A stretch of 63,999 bases of DNA, counting the filler, from Circinaria calcarea (taxonomy: Eukaryota), in NCBI GenBank assembly GCA_051942165.1. It is 18 parts of 18 records of this genome, joined end to end, with 100 filler letters (N's around TTAATTAATTAA, not from the genome) between each part and the next. Parts side by side here need not be neighbours in the genome. Positions count along the whole stretch, not along the records: positions 25,093 to 28,570 come from JAVECS010002804.1; positions 28,671 to 32,146 come from JAVECS010002805.1; positions 32,247 to 35,721 come from JAVECS010002806.1; positions 35,822 to 39,296 come from JAVECS010002807.1; 14 more parts are not named here. One strand, written 5' to 3'. The notes below the pieces were generated by a model, which did no database searches, was not told where the DNA came from, and saw only the letters and a program-made list of their open reading frames with translations. A program made the translations under genes and the position numbers. Every line of letters starts with the position of its first letter. Within the stretch, counting starts at the first letter, position 1. This document shows positions 25,093 through 38,257 of the stretch, piece by piece.

Positions 25093-26152
25093 TACATTCA
25101 GGAGAGAAGAGATGTTAAGCACAAAGGAGTTTGTGAAAGAGGGATTTAAGTCATACCTCGTGCAAGCTCGGCAGCACCTTGCACTTCGCCTAAGTGGCGA
25201 GATGCTCTACCATCTTGCACATGGAATGCAACATTTGACGAGTCTCCGAAGCGTCTGTCTCGACGATGACAACCCCCGCTTGTTTTGGTCTAGACATTGG
25301 TCGGAGGAAGCCGATGATGATTGCTTTCGGCCCAAAGTTCCACCGATGCGTCAATCCGGCAGCCCTTTTGCGCGCTCTTGGCATCGGTTCTATCTGCCCC
25401 CGGAGCTTTGTTACATCGATAAGGAAGAGGAGCAGAACGTACCTGGGGTTGACCATCCGTTTAGGCTACTGGTTACATCGCTTTCTCTAGCACACAGGAA
25501 CATCAGTAGTCTTCGGGCTCATTCGAGCGCGGTGCATGACGTTCCGCTCTCTATGTTCAATGCGACAGGAAAGGCACCTTCCCTACTAATCGGGCCGCAC
25601 ATCTCCTACGTCCTCTCAACTCTCGAATCACTACACTTGGGTTTTGGCATTGAAGCGAGAAATCAGCATGTTGACGAGTGCCTGGAGGGTTTGCGAGGTT
25701 ATTTGTGTACAATACCCCGTCTGCGGGACCTACATATAGCCTTCGGCATCTTGGGTACCAAATTGTACCAATGTTCATTCCATGACATCTTCGGAGCCCC
25801 ACGGTGCATCTGGCCGCTGTTGACAGAGTTTAGGCTCCGAGGCGTCCATGCTACTCAACAGGACCTAGTGGGGTTTCTGACCGAACATCAGGTACGGCAC
25901 TTGGAACTGAGTCTCGTTGATCTCACCATGGGGAGTTGGGTTACAACTGTTGATGCCCTACGAAAATTGCATCCCAGGATTGAGAGAGCTTATCTGCGTA
26001 ATGTTATTGTAACTAATAATGCTGCTATTAGATCTTCTGGTCATCCCTTAAACTGGAAAGAGATGGGAGACATGATGCAAGCTGCTGCACAATACATTAT
26101 GTCAGGCGGTTCCAATCCCCTGCAAGGGCTGCAATTTGTAGGTCAAGCATAG
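25093..26152 (+). CDS. Hypothetical protein with RNI/LRR-like repeats (F-box family type), 5' truncated
   Basis: 346-aa ORF with repeated LxxLxL patterns (LESLHLGF, LRDLHIAF, WPLLTEFRL). Confidence 0.55.
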
Positions 26153-27810
26153 CAATGGAGAAGAGAAGGCTGGACAGGAGATCCTTCGCTTCATTCCTAT
26201 GTGTTGCAACTAGATCTCATGTGCTTTTCCCTTCTCGATCAAGCTGCTCAGCATTAGATAGTACGAAGGTATCCGAGACTACCTGACATCATATCCATGA
26301 TTTCATCTCGGATCATGGCTGAGCACTAGTTCTTAATCAGCATATAGCTTTTAAGGTCTAACCGCAGCTACAGCCCCCCTTATACAATAGGCTTTAGCTT
26401 TCACTACCTGTCTCGATTGGATGTTTCACTGCCTTACGTTGTTAATGGAGTACACTACCTACATGCAGGCTCAAAGTAGGGCCTGCAAACTTTGCCTGTG
26501 TGGCAATGTTACTTGACATCCAGCTCTCTTGTATGTGAGATGTTACTTCTTTTCTAGCCTTTGCACCTTCTATTCACCAGCTCAAGGGACGCTGTCAATT
26601 CCTAGGATCCTAGCCCCATTCTCTGTCTCATTTCAAACTTCGTTTCCGCGGCATCTGATCCATGTTTCCTTTGATACTCTATCACCTGAAATGATTGCCT
26701 AATACTTCGTCCGGTATAGGGTCAAGACTGTACGACTGTTGCCCCTATTTTTTGCAACGTTATTACGTCAGCCAATTTATTTCAATGTCGTTCCTTACAA
26801 GCCCACTTCACAGTATTAACAGGTAATCTACCAGGTTAGGGCCCCAATCTGTGCTCTCTTTGGAGCCATTCTTGTTTAAGACCCGCGTGACTTATGGACA
26901 AGAATGCGTCAATAGTGCACGTACCATCTTCGGCGGTCATAGTACCAGGCACATACACCATTACCATACCTCACGGTACCAAGTCTCTAATCATAACACC
27001 ATCGGATGCTAGTCCCTCCAATCTACCCCAGTTCTCTATACAACATTGGTGAGCGCTTCCGAACAACTTTACCCACTGGCCCATACCTCGGCACAGTCAC
27101 TATCGCGACAGCAGGCCATGCGACTCCTCCATCTACAATGGTTGATACAGCCATCAGCAGCTCATCACTTTTTGTGACGGATGCTGCCTTATTACTCTCT
27201 GTACCGCTTCATCGCTTGAAGGTCCCTGAACAGACGTGTTCTAAGCTGGGACTCGAGGCGGTAGAGTAAGTAGTGAAGGGCGGGGATTGGGAAGTTTCAT
27301 AAGTTACGGTGGGTGCATGTCACAGAGATATAAGGCGGCCGGAAGCTTGCTAGATGGGCGGAAGACCGTTATGAAAAAGTGGAAGGGAACACAAGATTCT
27401 GGCTTATTAATAAAGGCCTATCTTATCAGATACGTGACTGGTTAGGAATCGAGGCAGGACTTGTTTCCTTTTCACTTCACGGCACTTCCGCAGAGGTGTG
27501 CTTCTGGTTGCACCGGGAGTTATGTTGATTGCTTCTACTCGTAGAAATATTTGCGGAAACCCGAACTAGCTTACCATAGTGTAATTCGATACTTATACAC
27601 ATATCCAGCTGTTCCTGCTCAGTTTACACCTGGGATCCTTCGTCGCCTGCAATTAACTATGTATGCTCTAGGACTATACATTGACATATATCTTCTGAAA
27701 GCTAAAGACACATCACGGATCGTAATATCAAGACCAAAACATCCCCATAATCAAGAAGACTACATCATAGCAAGAATCCTTAGCAAGATATACCGCTGCC
27801 CTTTAGCGAT

Positions 27811-28570
27811 ATGCTAGCAATCACAAAGCAGGGAGGACGCTGCTTTCTCAGGGCACCAAGCAGGCAGACCCATACTCGCAGCCTCCAACGCCGTATAGCG
27901 GATATTGTACAAAAGCTCGACGAGGAGAAACTTCCAGCCTATTCTGCCGCCGACTTCTACCCCGTTCGCATTGGCGAACTTCTCAACTCGAGATACCGCG
28001 TGCTGGGTAAGCTTGGGTATGGAGCCCACTCTACCGTGTGGCTATCCCGGGATCTACAGTACGTAACGTCGTGCTAAAACCGGCCCTGTGAAGTATTGCA
28101 AACTAAATGTTTTCGATAGGTCAAACCGCTATGCCACCGTCAAGGTCTACAGTCGTAGCCGTGAAGCAAGCGGAGTGAATAGGGAAGTCGAGATCTATAA
28201 GCACTTGAGTGCGGCCAATGTTTCTCATCCTGGTCGATCCTGCGTTAGAACGATACTCGACTCGTTTGAGATTTCCTGGTGTGATGGTCGTCATCAATGC
28301 CTTGTTCATAAGCCCTTGTGGATGAGCCTGTTCGATCTTCAAAGGCGCCATCCGCAACGGAAGTTCACCGAAGCTCTACTGAAAGGTGCTTTGATGTATA
28401 TCTTTCATGCGCTGGATTACCTCCACAGGGAATGCAAGGTCATACATACCGGTACGTCATATTTGCACCATTTTTGAATCAGGACGGTCACTGGAGAGAC
28501 TATTGTATCTCGGTTACAGCTGATAATTAACCTAGACATTAAAGCGAGCAACATTCTACAGGAGATCGAG
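27811..28570 (+). CDS. SRPK-like (CMGC) protein kinase, 5' part
   Basis: FYPVRIGE...YRVLGKLGYGAHSTVWL, HQCLVH, ALDYLH..CKVIHT/DIKASNIL. Confidence 0.88.
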
Positions 28571-28670
28571 NNNNNNNNNNNNNNNNNNNNNNNNNNNNNN
28601 NNNNNNNNNNNNNNTTAATTAATTAANNNNNNNNNNNNNNNNNNNNNNNNNNNNNNNNNNNNNNNNNNNN

Positions 28671-29540
28671 GAGGTAGACGGCAGTATCTTTGCCGCGAAG
28701 GACATTGATAGCAGCTTTACTCCAATCAACCCAATTGGTAATATTACGCCGGCCGGGGAAACTTACTACACTGGTATATACTCTGGTGGCGAGAAAATCT
28801 GGGTCGGCGAACCTATCAGACTTCGTGTTGACTCCCTCAACGACATCATGATTCTACATCATATTATCGAAAAATCTTCGCTCGGACCTAACAATACCAT
28901 CCTTCAAGATATCCACGTCATCGGCGATCATTACACATTTACCACTATACCCTTTGATCATAATAACCTCCCACCAAACAATCCGCATCTTCCATTGCGT
29001 CTTATGGAGGACCTTGCGTATCGCAACCGCGCTACAAGTGGGAAGAAAAGGGAAGTGTCTTATTGGAAGCTTGTCGAGCCTCAGACATGCATTCGCCTCG
29101 AGGACATCAAGGGTCGGTGGTACGAGTCCCGAGTTCTCCTACCGATCCTACACGGCCAATCGGCGTTTGCGCTTTCCTACAGCAAGGGCGAGATTGGAGA
29201 TGTTGGATCTTGGATGAATGGGCGAGGCGATTGCACTTCGGGCGTGGACAAACTGGGTAAGCCTTGGTTAAAGAAGTCCAACCGGACAGATGCGTTTGGG
29301 GCTTCAGTCCCTCGAGGAACGAGAATCAGAGGTATCAATGATCATGCCACTCCGGTAAATCTGATCCCTCAACATCGAGCTTTCCCTGTCGATCCGGCTC
29401 TGCTGGCAGCCCAGGTGAACAATGTGAATATTGGCATTGGTGGAAATGGCCATGGGGGCCAACAGCAGATGGGACACGGGCCGATGGACACGGACATGGC
29501 GGAATTCGTGGATGTTGATCAGATGGAGGAGGGATTTTAG
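28671..29540 (+). CDS. clr2: Transcription-silencing protein Clr2 family, C-terminal part
   Basis: YTGIYSGGEKIWVGEPIRL and LEDIKGRWYE motifs. Confidence 0.75.
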   Translation, partial: EVDGSIFAAKDIDSSFTPINPIGNITPAGETYYTGIYSGGEKIWVGEPIRLRVDSLNDIMILHHIIEKSSLGPNNTILQDIHVIGDHYTFTTIPFDHNNLPPNNPHLPLRLMEDLAYRNRATSGKKREVSYWKLVEPQTCIRLEDIKGRWYESRVLLPILHGQSAFALSYSKGEIGDVGSWMNGRGDCTSGVDKLGKPWLKKSNRTDAFGASVPRGTRIRGINDHATPVNLIPQHRAFPVDPALLAAQVNNVNIGIGGNGHGGQQQMGHGPMDTDMAEFVDVDQMEEGF

Positions 29541-29676
29541 GATATCCCCCGGCGGTTACCGCCATGCCATGATGAGAGGTGATGTTCCTCAATCATATGT
29601 CCTTTTGTAATTTAGCCTCACGTTTATCCGACCTTTGCATACGGCGAACGGTGCTGATGACGGATGACGGAGTTTT

Positions 29677-30037
29677 GCTTCTTGCAACTAGCGATGGCAG
29701 TTGGCGGCTGGCGGCTGGTTTCATAGGTAGATAGATACCCACTTTTTGCTCGTACTGGGCTTCGAAGAAGAAGTAGAAGTGTAGAAAATCAAGCGGTCTC
29801 TCTGGTTTCATCGACTCGATATATATATACATGCAACCCGCCTCCGTATTCGATTCAAGCTTCTTGCAACTGGTGATGGCAATTGGTGGCTGGTTTTTCA
29901 TAGGTAGATAGATACCCACATTTTGCTCGTACTGGGCTTCGAAGAAGAAGTAGAAGTGTAGAAATCAAGCGGTCTCTCTGATTTACATCTAACTCAGTAT
30001 ATATCCATGCAAACCCGCCCTCTGTATTTTGATTCAG
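29677..30037. repeat. Tandem duplication of about 180 bp
   Basis: GCTTCTTGCAACT...CATAGGTAGATAGATACCCAC...GATTCA occurs twice, diverged. Confidence 0.9.
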
Positions 30038-31420
30038 ACTAAAAAAAATAAAACACTAAATTTTTAAGAGGGCCTGCTCGCTCCAACGGATGCTCTGCTC
30101 GAAGAAGGAATGCCTGTCATGGGAGAATGGGATACAGGATTCCCCGTGCTATGTATACCTCTGAAAGGAAAAGGAAGGGTCGGGTTTGGAAAGAAAGGCT
30201 TGGGTGATATTGGTACCGGGTGTGCCGGTAGTCGGAAGGAATTCGGCGAAGGTGTTGGGAGCTGAGGAGCTGGGAGCTGGGAGCTGGGGAGTTCATGTAG
30301 ATCCTGGACTATTCACGCTCTCGTCAGATTGAGTTAGGGTTCCAGTACTCTCCATAAGTTGTAAATGTTTGGGGAGGCTGATAGCAGAGCCTTTCACAAT
30401 ACGGTAGGCTGTCAGGCTACTCTCTTGGAAACTTTACTCTTTGGGCTTTTAGCTGCTCTTCACTAGACAATCTATCCATTTAATGAATCCACTCTTCAAG
30501 TTCATTCTTGATATTCAAGCTCTGCTAGATCATATCTGATGCAGTGCCTTTTTCATTGTCGGTCTGATGGGCATTAGCCTGTCCCCTTTTGCCGCAACGA
30601 TATCGAATCCATCCCGAGTAGGGATTTGGACTCTCCTTGTATGTTTGCACATGTCTAGATGAATATTGCGGATCCCAGGAAGGCATGGATAGGGAACAGG
30701 GTGCATATGCTGGAGTCGCCTTATACGAAGCCAAGCCCTCCCAAGTCAGCCTTCTTATTGGGGGCTATATCGAGCAGTATAGCGAACGCTGAATAATTTC
30801 ACCCTCCTAACGTTTTATAATGCTCAGTATAGGTCGTGATAACTGGAAAAGTCGAATCGTCGGAGCACCGGTGGAGCAGATCAGCAGAAATTGAGCAGAA
30901 ATTGAGCGAAGTTCGCCTGACTATTGTGTACCTACTATATTCAACTACACGTGCCTGCTCCTCGGAACTAACAATGACCTACTCTGCTGTATTTTCGCCG
31001 CCTCTTCTTCGCCAGCCATACTTGGTACTTGTGAAGAGCTGCGAAACACTTGTTCCGTTCTCAAAGTACTTTAGTGCGAAGATTTGAGGCCTACTCAGTA
31101 AAGGGGGCAACTGAGTGTAGTCCGGTGGCGGAACCTCATCTGATCCTCGGATGTTCGGCGCCGCGACTAGGGAGTACCTTACCTGTGCTTTAGCCTCTAG
31201 GGAGCACATACAAGTAGATGCAACATCATACATAGATGCTGTACAAAAGCTACTTGATCCTCTCCAAACACCTGAGATGGTAGTATCGGCATGTCAGCAA
31301 TGATAATGGGCTGACGATTACCTCCCCCGGCGTGGACGATGGACCCTGCGAAAGTAAACGTTGTCAACTCCATCTAGACGTTCTGACAATATTCCTTTCC
31401 AAGGGCTTTATCCGGAAATC

Positions 31421-32146
31421 ATGGATGTCAGCAGCACGACCACACAAGTGACATCCTCTGCTTTTGATCACTTCAGATCCTCTGCCACAAACATCACAGC
31501 CTACCTCCACCCAAGCCCCAAAGATCTCTTTTTGCTTGTTCCACGAATCGTACTTCGCGCAGGTTCCTTTGCCTTCGTGACTCTACCGGAACAGCTGGAT
31601 CATGTGCTTGGCCTTCGGAACGGTGGTCGTGTCATTGCAGAAGCCACAAGAGATGGAACACAAAACATGGCATCAGCAGCTCTCACGAGCGCGGGACTAG
31701 TGCAAGAAGCTACACCAGGCATTGCGGAAGCCGTGGCAGCGGAAGCAACTGCAGGGCAAGGGAACTCCTTTAGCCATGTTTTCAGCTTTCAACAGGTCAG
31801 GAACTTTGGAGGTGTCTTTTCTTACATCACATCCAAGTGGGCTTTGGGCTGTTTTGTGGTGGTAGGTACAGCTGTTCTGAAAGATCCCATGTCAAAAATT
31901 CTAAAACCCTGGAACAGGCAATTCTTCTTAACAGAACTCGAATCTATGCATCCGCTAGGCGTCATCTAAGCTTGAGATGGCCGATCCGGTTGGGCTTGCG
32001 GATACTGCCTATCGTATTGTTTCTAGTCCATATCCATTCTATCCTTCAGGCGATGCACTGCCAAACATCACCACGGTACTCGGCCATGAAATATGGAAAG
32101 CCGGACAAACGCGTAATTGTCGACTATTCGGGCGACGGTGGTCTGC
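31421..32146 (+). CDS. Asi1/Asi3-like membrane ubiquitin ligase, 5' part
   Basis: GGVFSYITSKWALGCF/AILLNRT.IYAS.RR...QAMHCQTSP. Confidence 0.7.
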
Positions 32147-33879
32147 NNNNNNNNNNNNNNNNNNNNNNNNNNNNNNNNNNNNNNNNNNNNTTAATTAATT
32201 AANNNNNNNNNNNNNNNNNNNNNNNNNNNNNNNNNNNNNNNNNNNNTTGCAATTCAAGAGTATTGAAAATGTGAGGAACCCTCTTGGAGTGACCATCAGT
32301 CCCTTAAGCTGACATTTTTCTCAGAATGACGATCAGGAACTCCTTCTTGTATCCGAATCACCAAACCCCACGGATAAGCTGAGCAACATAACCACAGCTT
32401 ATCAGTACGATTAAAGTTACAACGAGCATTACAATCTTGAAGAGGTGTATGAACAACATGATTGCGTCAGTCGACTTGATATATTCCGTTTTCCTCCAGT
32501 GCATTCTAGGGCGCAGCCCCAACCTCTGCTTAAGGGTCTAATGGAGTCTCGATCGAGACGCAGTGGCTATAGGTTTTAGATCTCTCACATCTTTTGACTT
32601 GTTTTCATAACTTCACCACTAAATCCGCATATCAATTGCTCTTGATTATGCCATTCTCAACTAGCCAAATCTATACGCGAAGCGACACTGGTTTGCGATA
32701 ATAGAGGACGGAGGAATAGAAATTACAAAGAAAGGATCTTCCATGTACTCAATAGTTTCGAGAAGCAGCTACCCTATTCCATTGTACAGACTCCCTAAGT
32801 GCTCTGGGTGCATAAAGCTACACCAACGTCCGAGGACAGAAAGCTTTTCACGCCCACATCTACAGCCAAACTAAAAACTAGCTATTATCATCATTCACCG
32901 CGTTTCGCTTCTTTCACCAGTCTAAAGCTCAAAGTGGCGAAAGTTGCCAAAGGGTTTCCTATATCCTATATCTGTTTACAGGTCGTTATTCGAAGAGATT
33001 GAAATTTTAGTAATTTATATGGGAAAGCTCGATAATTTCCAAAACACCGCACCCACAACAACTTTTCCCAACCGCCAGCTTCCCCGTTACAGCCCAGAAA
33101 AACCTCGCAAGCCCTGGAAATGCCCCAGAACGCACTCTCCAACCATACTGATATCAATCCCCACGCTCCTTTTCTTTCAAGATAGTTTGCAACTCCCATC
33201 GAAATCTCGTAGTAATCTCAACCCCCCCGCCTCACCAAGCTTCTCCCAGCCCACAGAAAAGGCCAGCCCGCTTTATGGATGCCAATTTTAACCACCCGAA
33301 CTTTCTCTCGCGCTCTGTATTCCATACCCCCGTCCTAGCCTATTTACCTCTTGTCCCATTTACCTCACCCTCTACCCCCTCTTCTCTTCCTCCAACCGCG
33401 GTCTTTGGGGACGGTCCAATCTCGATCCGACTGTGCCTGGCCTAGACCTTTTGCTGGTCTTATTCACTTGCAGCTATTGGGTGAGCCACCCGAGCTTGGT
33501 GAAATTATGAAATTGTACATGAGCTACGGATATCCGGATTCTGCCAGCCCGACAATGTATGTGGGAAATTTTGAGATTTTAAGGGGGTAAAGAGGGGGGG
33601 GAAATGAAGAAATTGGCGGGGATTAAACAATCTGGCGGAGTAAGAAAATGCCTTGTGGGAGGAAGGGAGGCGAATAGAAATCTTATAACCAGAACTTTCT
33701 AATAACTAATACCTACCACCTAGCCCCCCCTTTCCAAACCCTATTTTGCTTTTAATTTCTTTCAGCCCTTTCCCCCTCAGCCCTGTGGCTTCCTTTTCCC
33801 CTCTCTTCCTCCCAACATCTTTATTCTCGTTTTCTATAATCAAAGGTTGGATCCGAAACTTTTTAAAAATTGAAAATCC

Positions 33880-34080
33880 CGGCTTGGAAGCATACTACGG
33901 GAGGTTGGCTTCGGAACGGAGTAACCCTAGGCCGGTTGCTCAGTATGCTCATGAAGGCGAGTAGAGTGAGCAACATACTATATAGGCAGGCTATTCTCGC
34001 TTTTTAATAGCAATGTTTATAAACACTAATAATTGGAATAATAATCGATACCCATTACGTTCTAAGTAATCCGTATACCA
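33880..34080 (+). mobile_element. Diverged LTR fragment
   Basis: Shares CGGAACGG, TGCTCAGTATGCTCA and CAGGCT.TTC..CG...AATAGCA blocks with the other two LTR copies. Confidence 0.55.
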
Positions 34081-34430
34081 CGGTGTAAGGGCGCTGCAAT
34101 CCTTGGGGCCTTATTGAGGAATATGATAAGTCCCGATTGGTGATAGCACGGTTACATAGAGTGTAGTTGAACTGTTGCCCTAGGCCTAATATAAAAGGAA
34201 TATATTGAACTCGTTATGGTTCTATAAGCATGCTATTCTAAAGAACGAGGAACAGCCTGTTTATGTAAAGTCCTGCTCATTCATGCTCATGCCCTGAGCA
34301 CCCATAAGCACTGGTCCTGCTCACCTATGCTCATACCCTGAGCACCTGTGAGCTCCGGGGTAAGGTTAGTCCGCTTCCGTGCTAGTCCCAACCGGGTCCT
34401 AGTACATGTCATGGTGTTGGCGCCATAACA
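34081..34430 (-). mobile_element. Solo LTR, about 350 bp
   Basis: Begins TGTTATGGCGCCAACACCAT and ends ...AAGGATTGCAGCGCCCTTACA; homologous end to end with 63664-63999. Confidence 0.8.
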
Positions 34431-34881
34431 ATTAAGCGAAAATTGGTGAAAGTAAAAATATACTCGTTTTCATTTCACGGCATTCAAAGTATTATAGGAG
34501 AATCTCAGAGGACCTAAGAGTGTATATATCTTAGGGCGTTGAATAAGTGGGTTATTAGAATTATAAACAAGAAAAACCTATTCATCACGCAATCAAATTA
34601 TCATCATTCAATGCGCTAGTTCTTACTTTCTACTCTCCTACCGTACATGGCATGCGTGTAGCACATGCGAAGCTCGGAATAGAGCAATAATTGAATTTCA
34701 AAAAGAAAAGACTCTCAAACCCAATGCCAACTCCCTTTCGTGACTACCTCGATTCATCTCTCGTAGTGTTTATTTGCGGTTTTTCGTTTCGGGTCTAGTA
34801 CAGTCGCAAGAGTGAACGCAACTTTTGATCATGCAGTCATTATGCACTTTGAGATGGTCTATTGCAGATGACAAATGCCCT

Positions 34882-35721
34882 CTATAGCTTATCGTAATAC
34901 TGTGGGTAAGGATGTCAGCGCTGGTCAAGCTAATGGTAAAGCAGTATAGGCTACTTACGTTCTCAACACCCGGAACAACTTCCTTGAGACCCTTCCTCTT
35001 TCGCATCGTCTGTACAATCTGACCGGGTTTCGTGCTTGGGTCAAGAGGCGAGCCACCAGGCAGAATTTGCCAATGATCAAACACTGATTGAGGGAATGCC
35101 TGTCCACCGGTATGCGAGCGGAGATCGGCGGTGAAGCCAAAGGACTCGTTAACAGGAAGATACGCCTTGACGTTGAACAACAGCGTTCCTGGCCGCTGTT
35201 CTTCAGAGAAGACGTGACCTCTCCTTCGGGTGAGCACACCATAGATGCCACCCATCGCCTGCTCCGGCACCTGAATTTCAACCAAGTAGATAGGTTCGAG
35301 GATACCTGGGTCAGCAAGAAGAGCAGCGGCGTACAAAACACGACGAGCTGTCGGAATAAGCTGTCCTCCACCACGGTGAATGGCGTCGGCATGTAGGGTA
35401 ACATCCATAATGTTAAAGCGCACAGAGCGCATAGGTTCTTCCGCCACAGGACCTTCCTTTGTGGCCCACTGGAAACCAGAAACCACAGAATCCTTAATTT
35501 CATTCAAGTATTGCACCGCTTTCGTTTGGTCAACGAGCAAGTTGGCACCGGTGGTCTCCGGGCCAAAACACCAAATCTTCCGCGCGTCGGTGACATCCCA
35601 GCCGTGTTCATCAGCCAAGACACGAGCCCGAGCTTTGAAATCATCACGGGGACTGATCTTGCCAGACTCGATATCCTTTGACACGTCCTCGTCCAAAGGT
35701 TCAGCGATCATGTACAGTCGG
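34882..35721 (-). CDS. EFT2: Translation elongation factor 2, C-terminal part
   Basis: [14 protein letters not shown], diphthamide loop [23 protein letters not shown], last exon YYDKL*. Confidence 0.97.
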
Positions 35722-35821
35722 NNNNNNNNNNNNNNNNNNNNNNNNNNNNNNNNNNNNNNNNNNNNTTAATTAATTAANNNNNNNNNNNNNNNNNNNNNNN
35801 NNNNNNNNNNNNNNNNNNNNN

Positions 35822-38257
35822 CCCGCCTTCCAAAAGACGCAACGGCAAGCAGGCCTCATGTGAACCATGCCGGAAAGCTAAGCTCGCTTGTGATCATGCT
35901 TTACCGGTATGCGGACGGTGCTTGAATCGGAATACGAACGCTCATTGTGTGTATCATCCGGCACCTATGACAGGGACAGGTGTTCGAAAACGAACTCGTG
36001 TTACAGCCAGGCCCAAGCAGGTGCAAGGGCCCCCACAAGTTCCCCCGAATACGGAATATGGCCCCATACACTATGAGGTCTCAGCTAGCCCAGATGATAT
36101 CGACCGCCCTGTCTCATTGACACTGAATACTGGTATAGTCTCCACCACTAGCACTATAGAATCTGTCCCCGTCTCGGTGAATACCAATTCAGGAAACCGT
36201 CACCATCTTATCAGTGATCCAATAGCACCCAAGGACCTACCAAATAATAGTAACCGCCAAGGCAGTGGTATTTTAATGAAGGAGTCCTCCGGCTTCTACG
36301 GTCCTACAAGTTTTGCATCTATCTTCTTGGAAAACCAAGGCAATTTCTCAAGTACTCTGGATAATGTGGGTGAAGATGGAGAAGAAGGAACCAGAGAACC
36401 CTGGCATCCAACCTTCGTCAATGGTATTCCTGCTACTCATGCGCAAGCCTCTATCCGTCTTGATATGGGTATCAGAATCCTTGGTCAGCTACCGAGTCAG
36501 GACATCTGCCGACGTCTTATCCAAACTCATTACTGGCCAACAACTCCGATTCCGCATCATACGTTAACAGAGTACATTATCACATCGACATGGTCGGTTT
36601 ATGGAAATTACCTCCAGGAGCAACGAGATTCTAGGGGATTAGGCATAATGGCAAAACAAGTTTTCCTGAACGAGCAGGTTCCTCTGCAGCCGAATGAGAG
36701 TTCCATCAAATATCTGGAGTCGTTTACAGGGCACAACTTGAGATGGGAGACTATTGGGCTCATGTTTACCTTTTTCGGTATTGCGGCACTAGCGTTGAAC
36801 GATAGGGACAAGCTATTCGCCACCCAGCCAGAGGAAATGAACAACAGGATGAAATTTGCGATATGTATGAAGCAGTGTTCTGAAGCTTGTATGGTATTAT
36901 GTGATCATACCGACACTATAAACGATATCGTTCTCTGTCTACTTTCAAGACTCTTAACTTTGCAAAGTACTATTGATGGGGACACGAGTGAGTTGTAAAT
37001 TTACTTTCAATGTGTTGCGGTATGATTCGATCATGAAGCCGGCCCTAACAAGTGGATTCAGGTTATCTTCTATGGCGACGACATGGTGAATTAGTAGCCG
37101 CGCTCACTGCATTAGGTATTCACCGTGAAGTCGATCCAGGAGCTGCATCTGTATCTTTATTTTCCGAATTACGAAAACGACTATTCATTGCAGTGTACAT
37201 TAACGATAAGGCCATCTCATCCTTCAGCGGGCGGCCCCCTCTGTTGAGCCGTCGTTATACCACTTGCCAGCTGCCGCTAGACCTGAGTGATCAATGTCTG
37301 ATGGCAGAGGATATGGAAGAAATGAGACGTGAAGTCAGTCAACTTGATGAGCACGGGTGGAACGTACACGGAGAGGTCCATCCAGCCACTTGCAGCCGGG
37401 TATGTATGCTCTTCTCACAAGTCCGTGAAGACATCTTGGAAATATCCCTGTGTACATCAACAGAGCCCTTAGATGCACGGATTGAGTCAGTCACCAGGCG
37501 GAGTGTTAGCATTTACGCTGCTGACAATCGCATAGTGTTGTCAAGCAACGGGCTAAGCTGATGTATAAGCAATTACCGCCAAGCTTAATTGATAATACTG
37601 ACAATATTGCGTGTCTGACAAAATCCGATAAATGGTTATATGTTCATATTAGCAACAGGCTCAAGATTCTACAGAACGACTTCCTTCTAGAACAGATTTC
37701 GACAAGAGAACGTCATAGTAGCGGCCAGCAGCTCCTAGACACCGCCAGACAGATTTTAGCCACTGTTGTAATCCTCTGGGTTCAAAGAGATCGCTTGGTG
37801 GAGTACCAAAATAACTTCACGTGGTTGGTAAGGGCATAACATCACAGTCTAGCTATGCATCATCGAACTGACAAGATATCAGATTACGTCCTATGGTGTT
37901 CCCTCTAGTGGTGTACTCTGCATTGAAATGCTGAAGCAGACCAAACATACCCATAATAGCCAGCTCAATTTACCTCGCTCCGAGGTAATCCAGAATCTTA
38001 GCATGTTCATTGGTTTTCTGGCTTGGGTGCGGCCAGCAGATGGAAATTATCTGATTTGTGTGCGTATGCGGAAAATCTTTCAACACGTCCTTGACCGGGT
38101 ATTGGAACCTGCGCGAGAGGATGAACAGGACACTACGCAGCCAGTTTTCGAAGTCTCGGGTGCGCAAGACAACTTTATGAACTTTTCGATGGGTGACACG
38201 GAGTTTGTGGATTGGTTGGATACAATTGATTGGGGAAAAGGACCTTGGATGGATTAA
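35822..38257 (+). CDS. Zn(II)2Cys6 transcription factor with fungal TF middle domain
   Basis: CEPCRKAKLACDHALPVCGRC...C.YHPAP, DKAISSFSGRPPLLS; three introns; first codons missing. Confidence 0.92.

Noticed and set aside
10769..29540. PWWP-like gene plus clr2 as a silencing gene cluster
   Set aside because: They lie on different contigs joined artificially.
30333..30341. AACCCTAAC (minus) as a telomerase RNA template
   Set aside because: A 9-mer of this class is expected by chance in 64 kb, and no pseudoknot or P6.1 element was seen.
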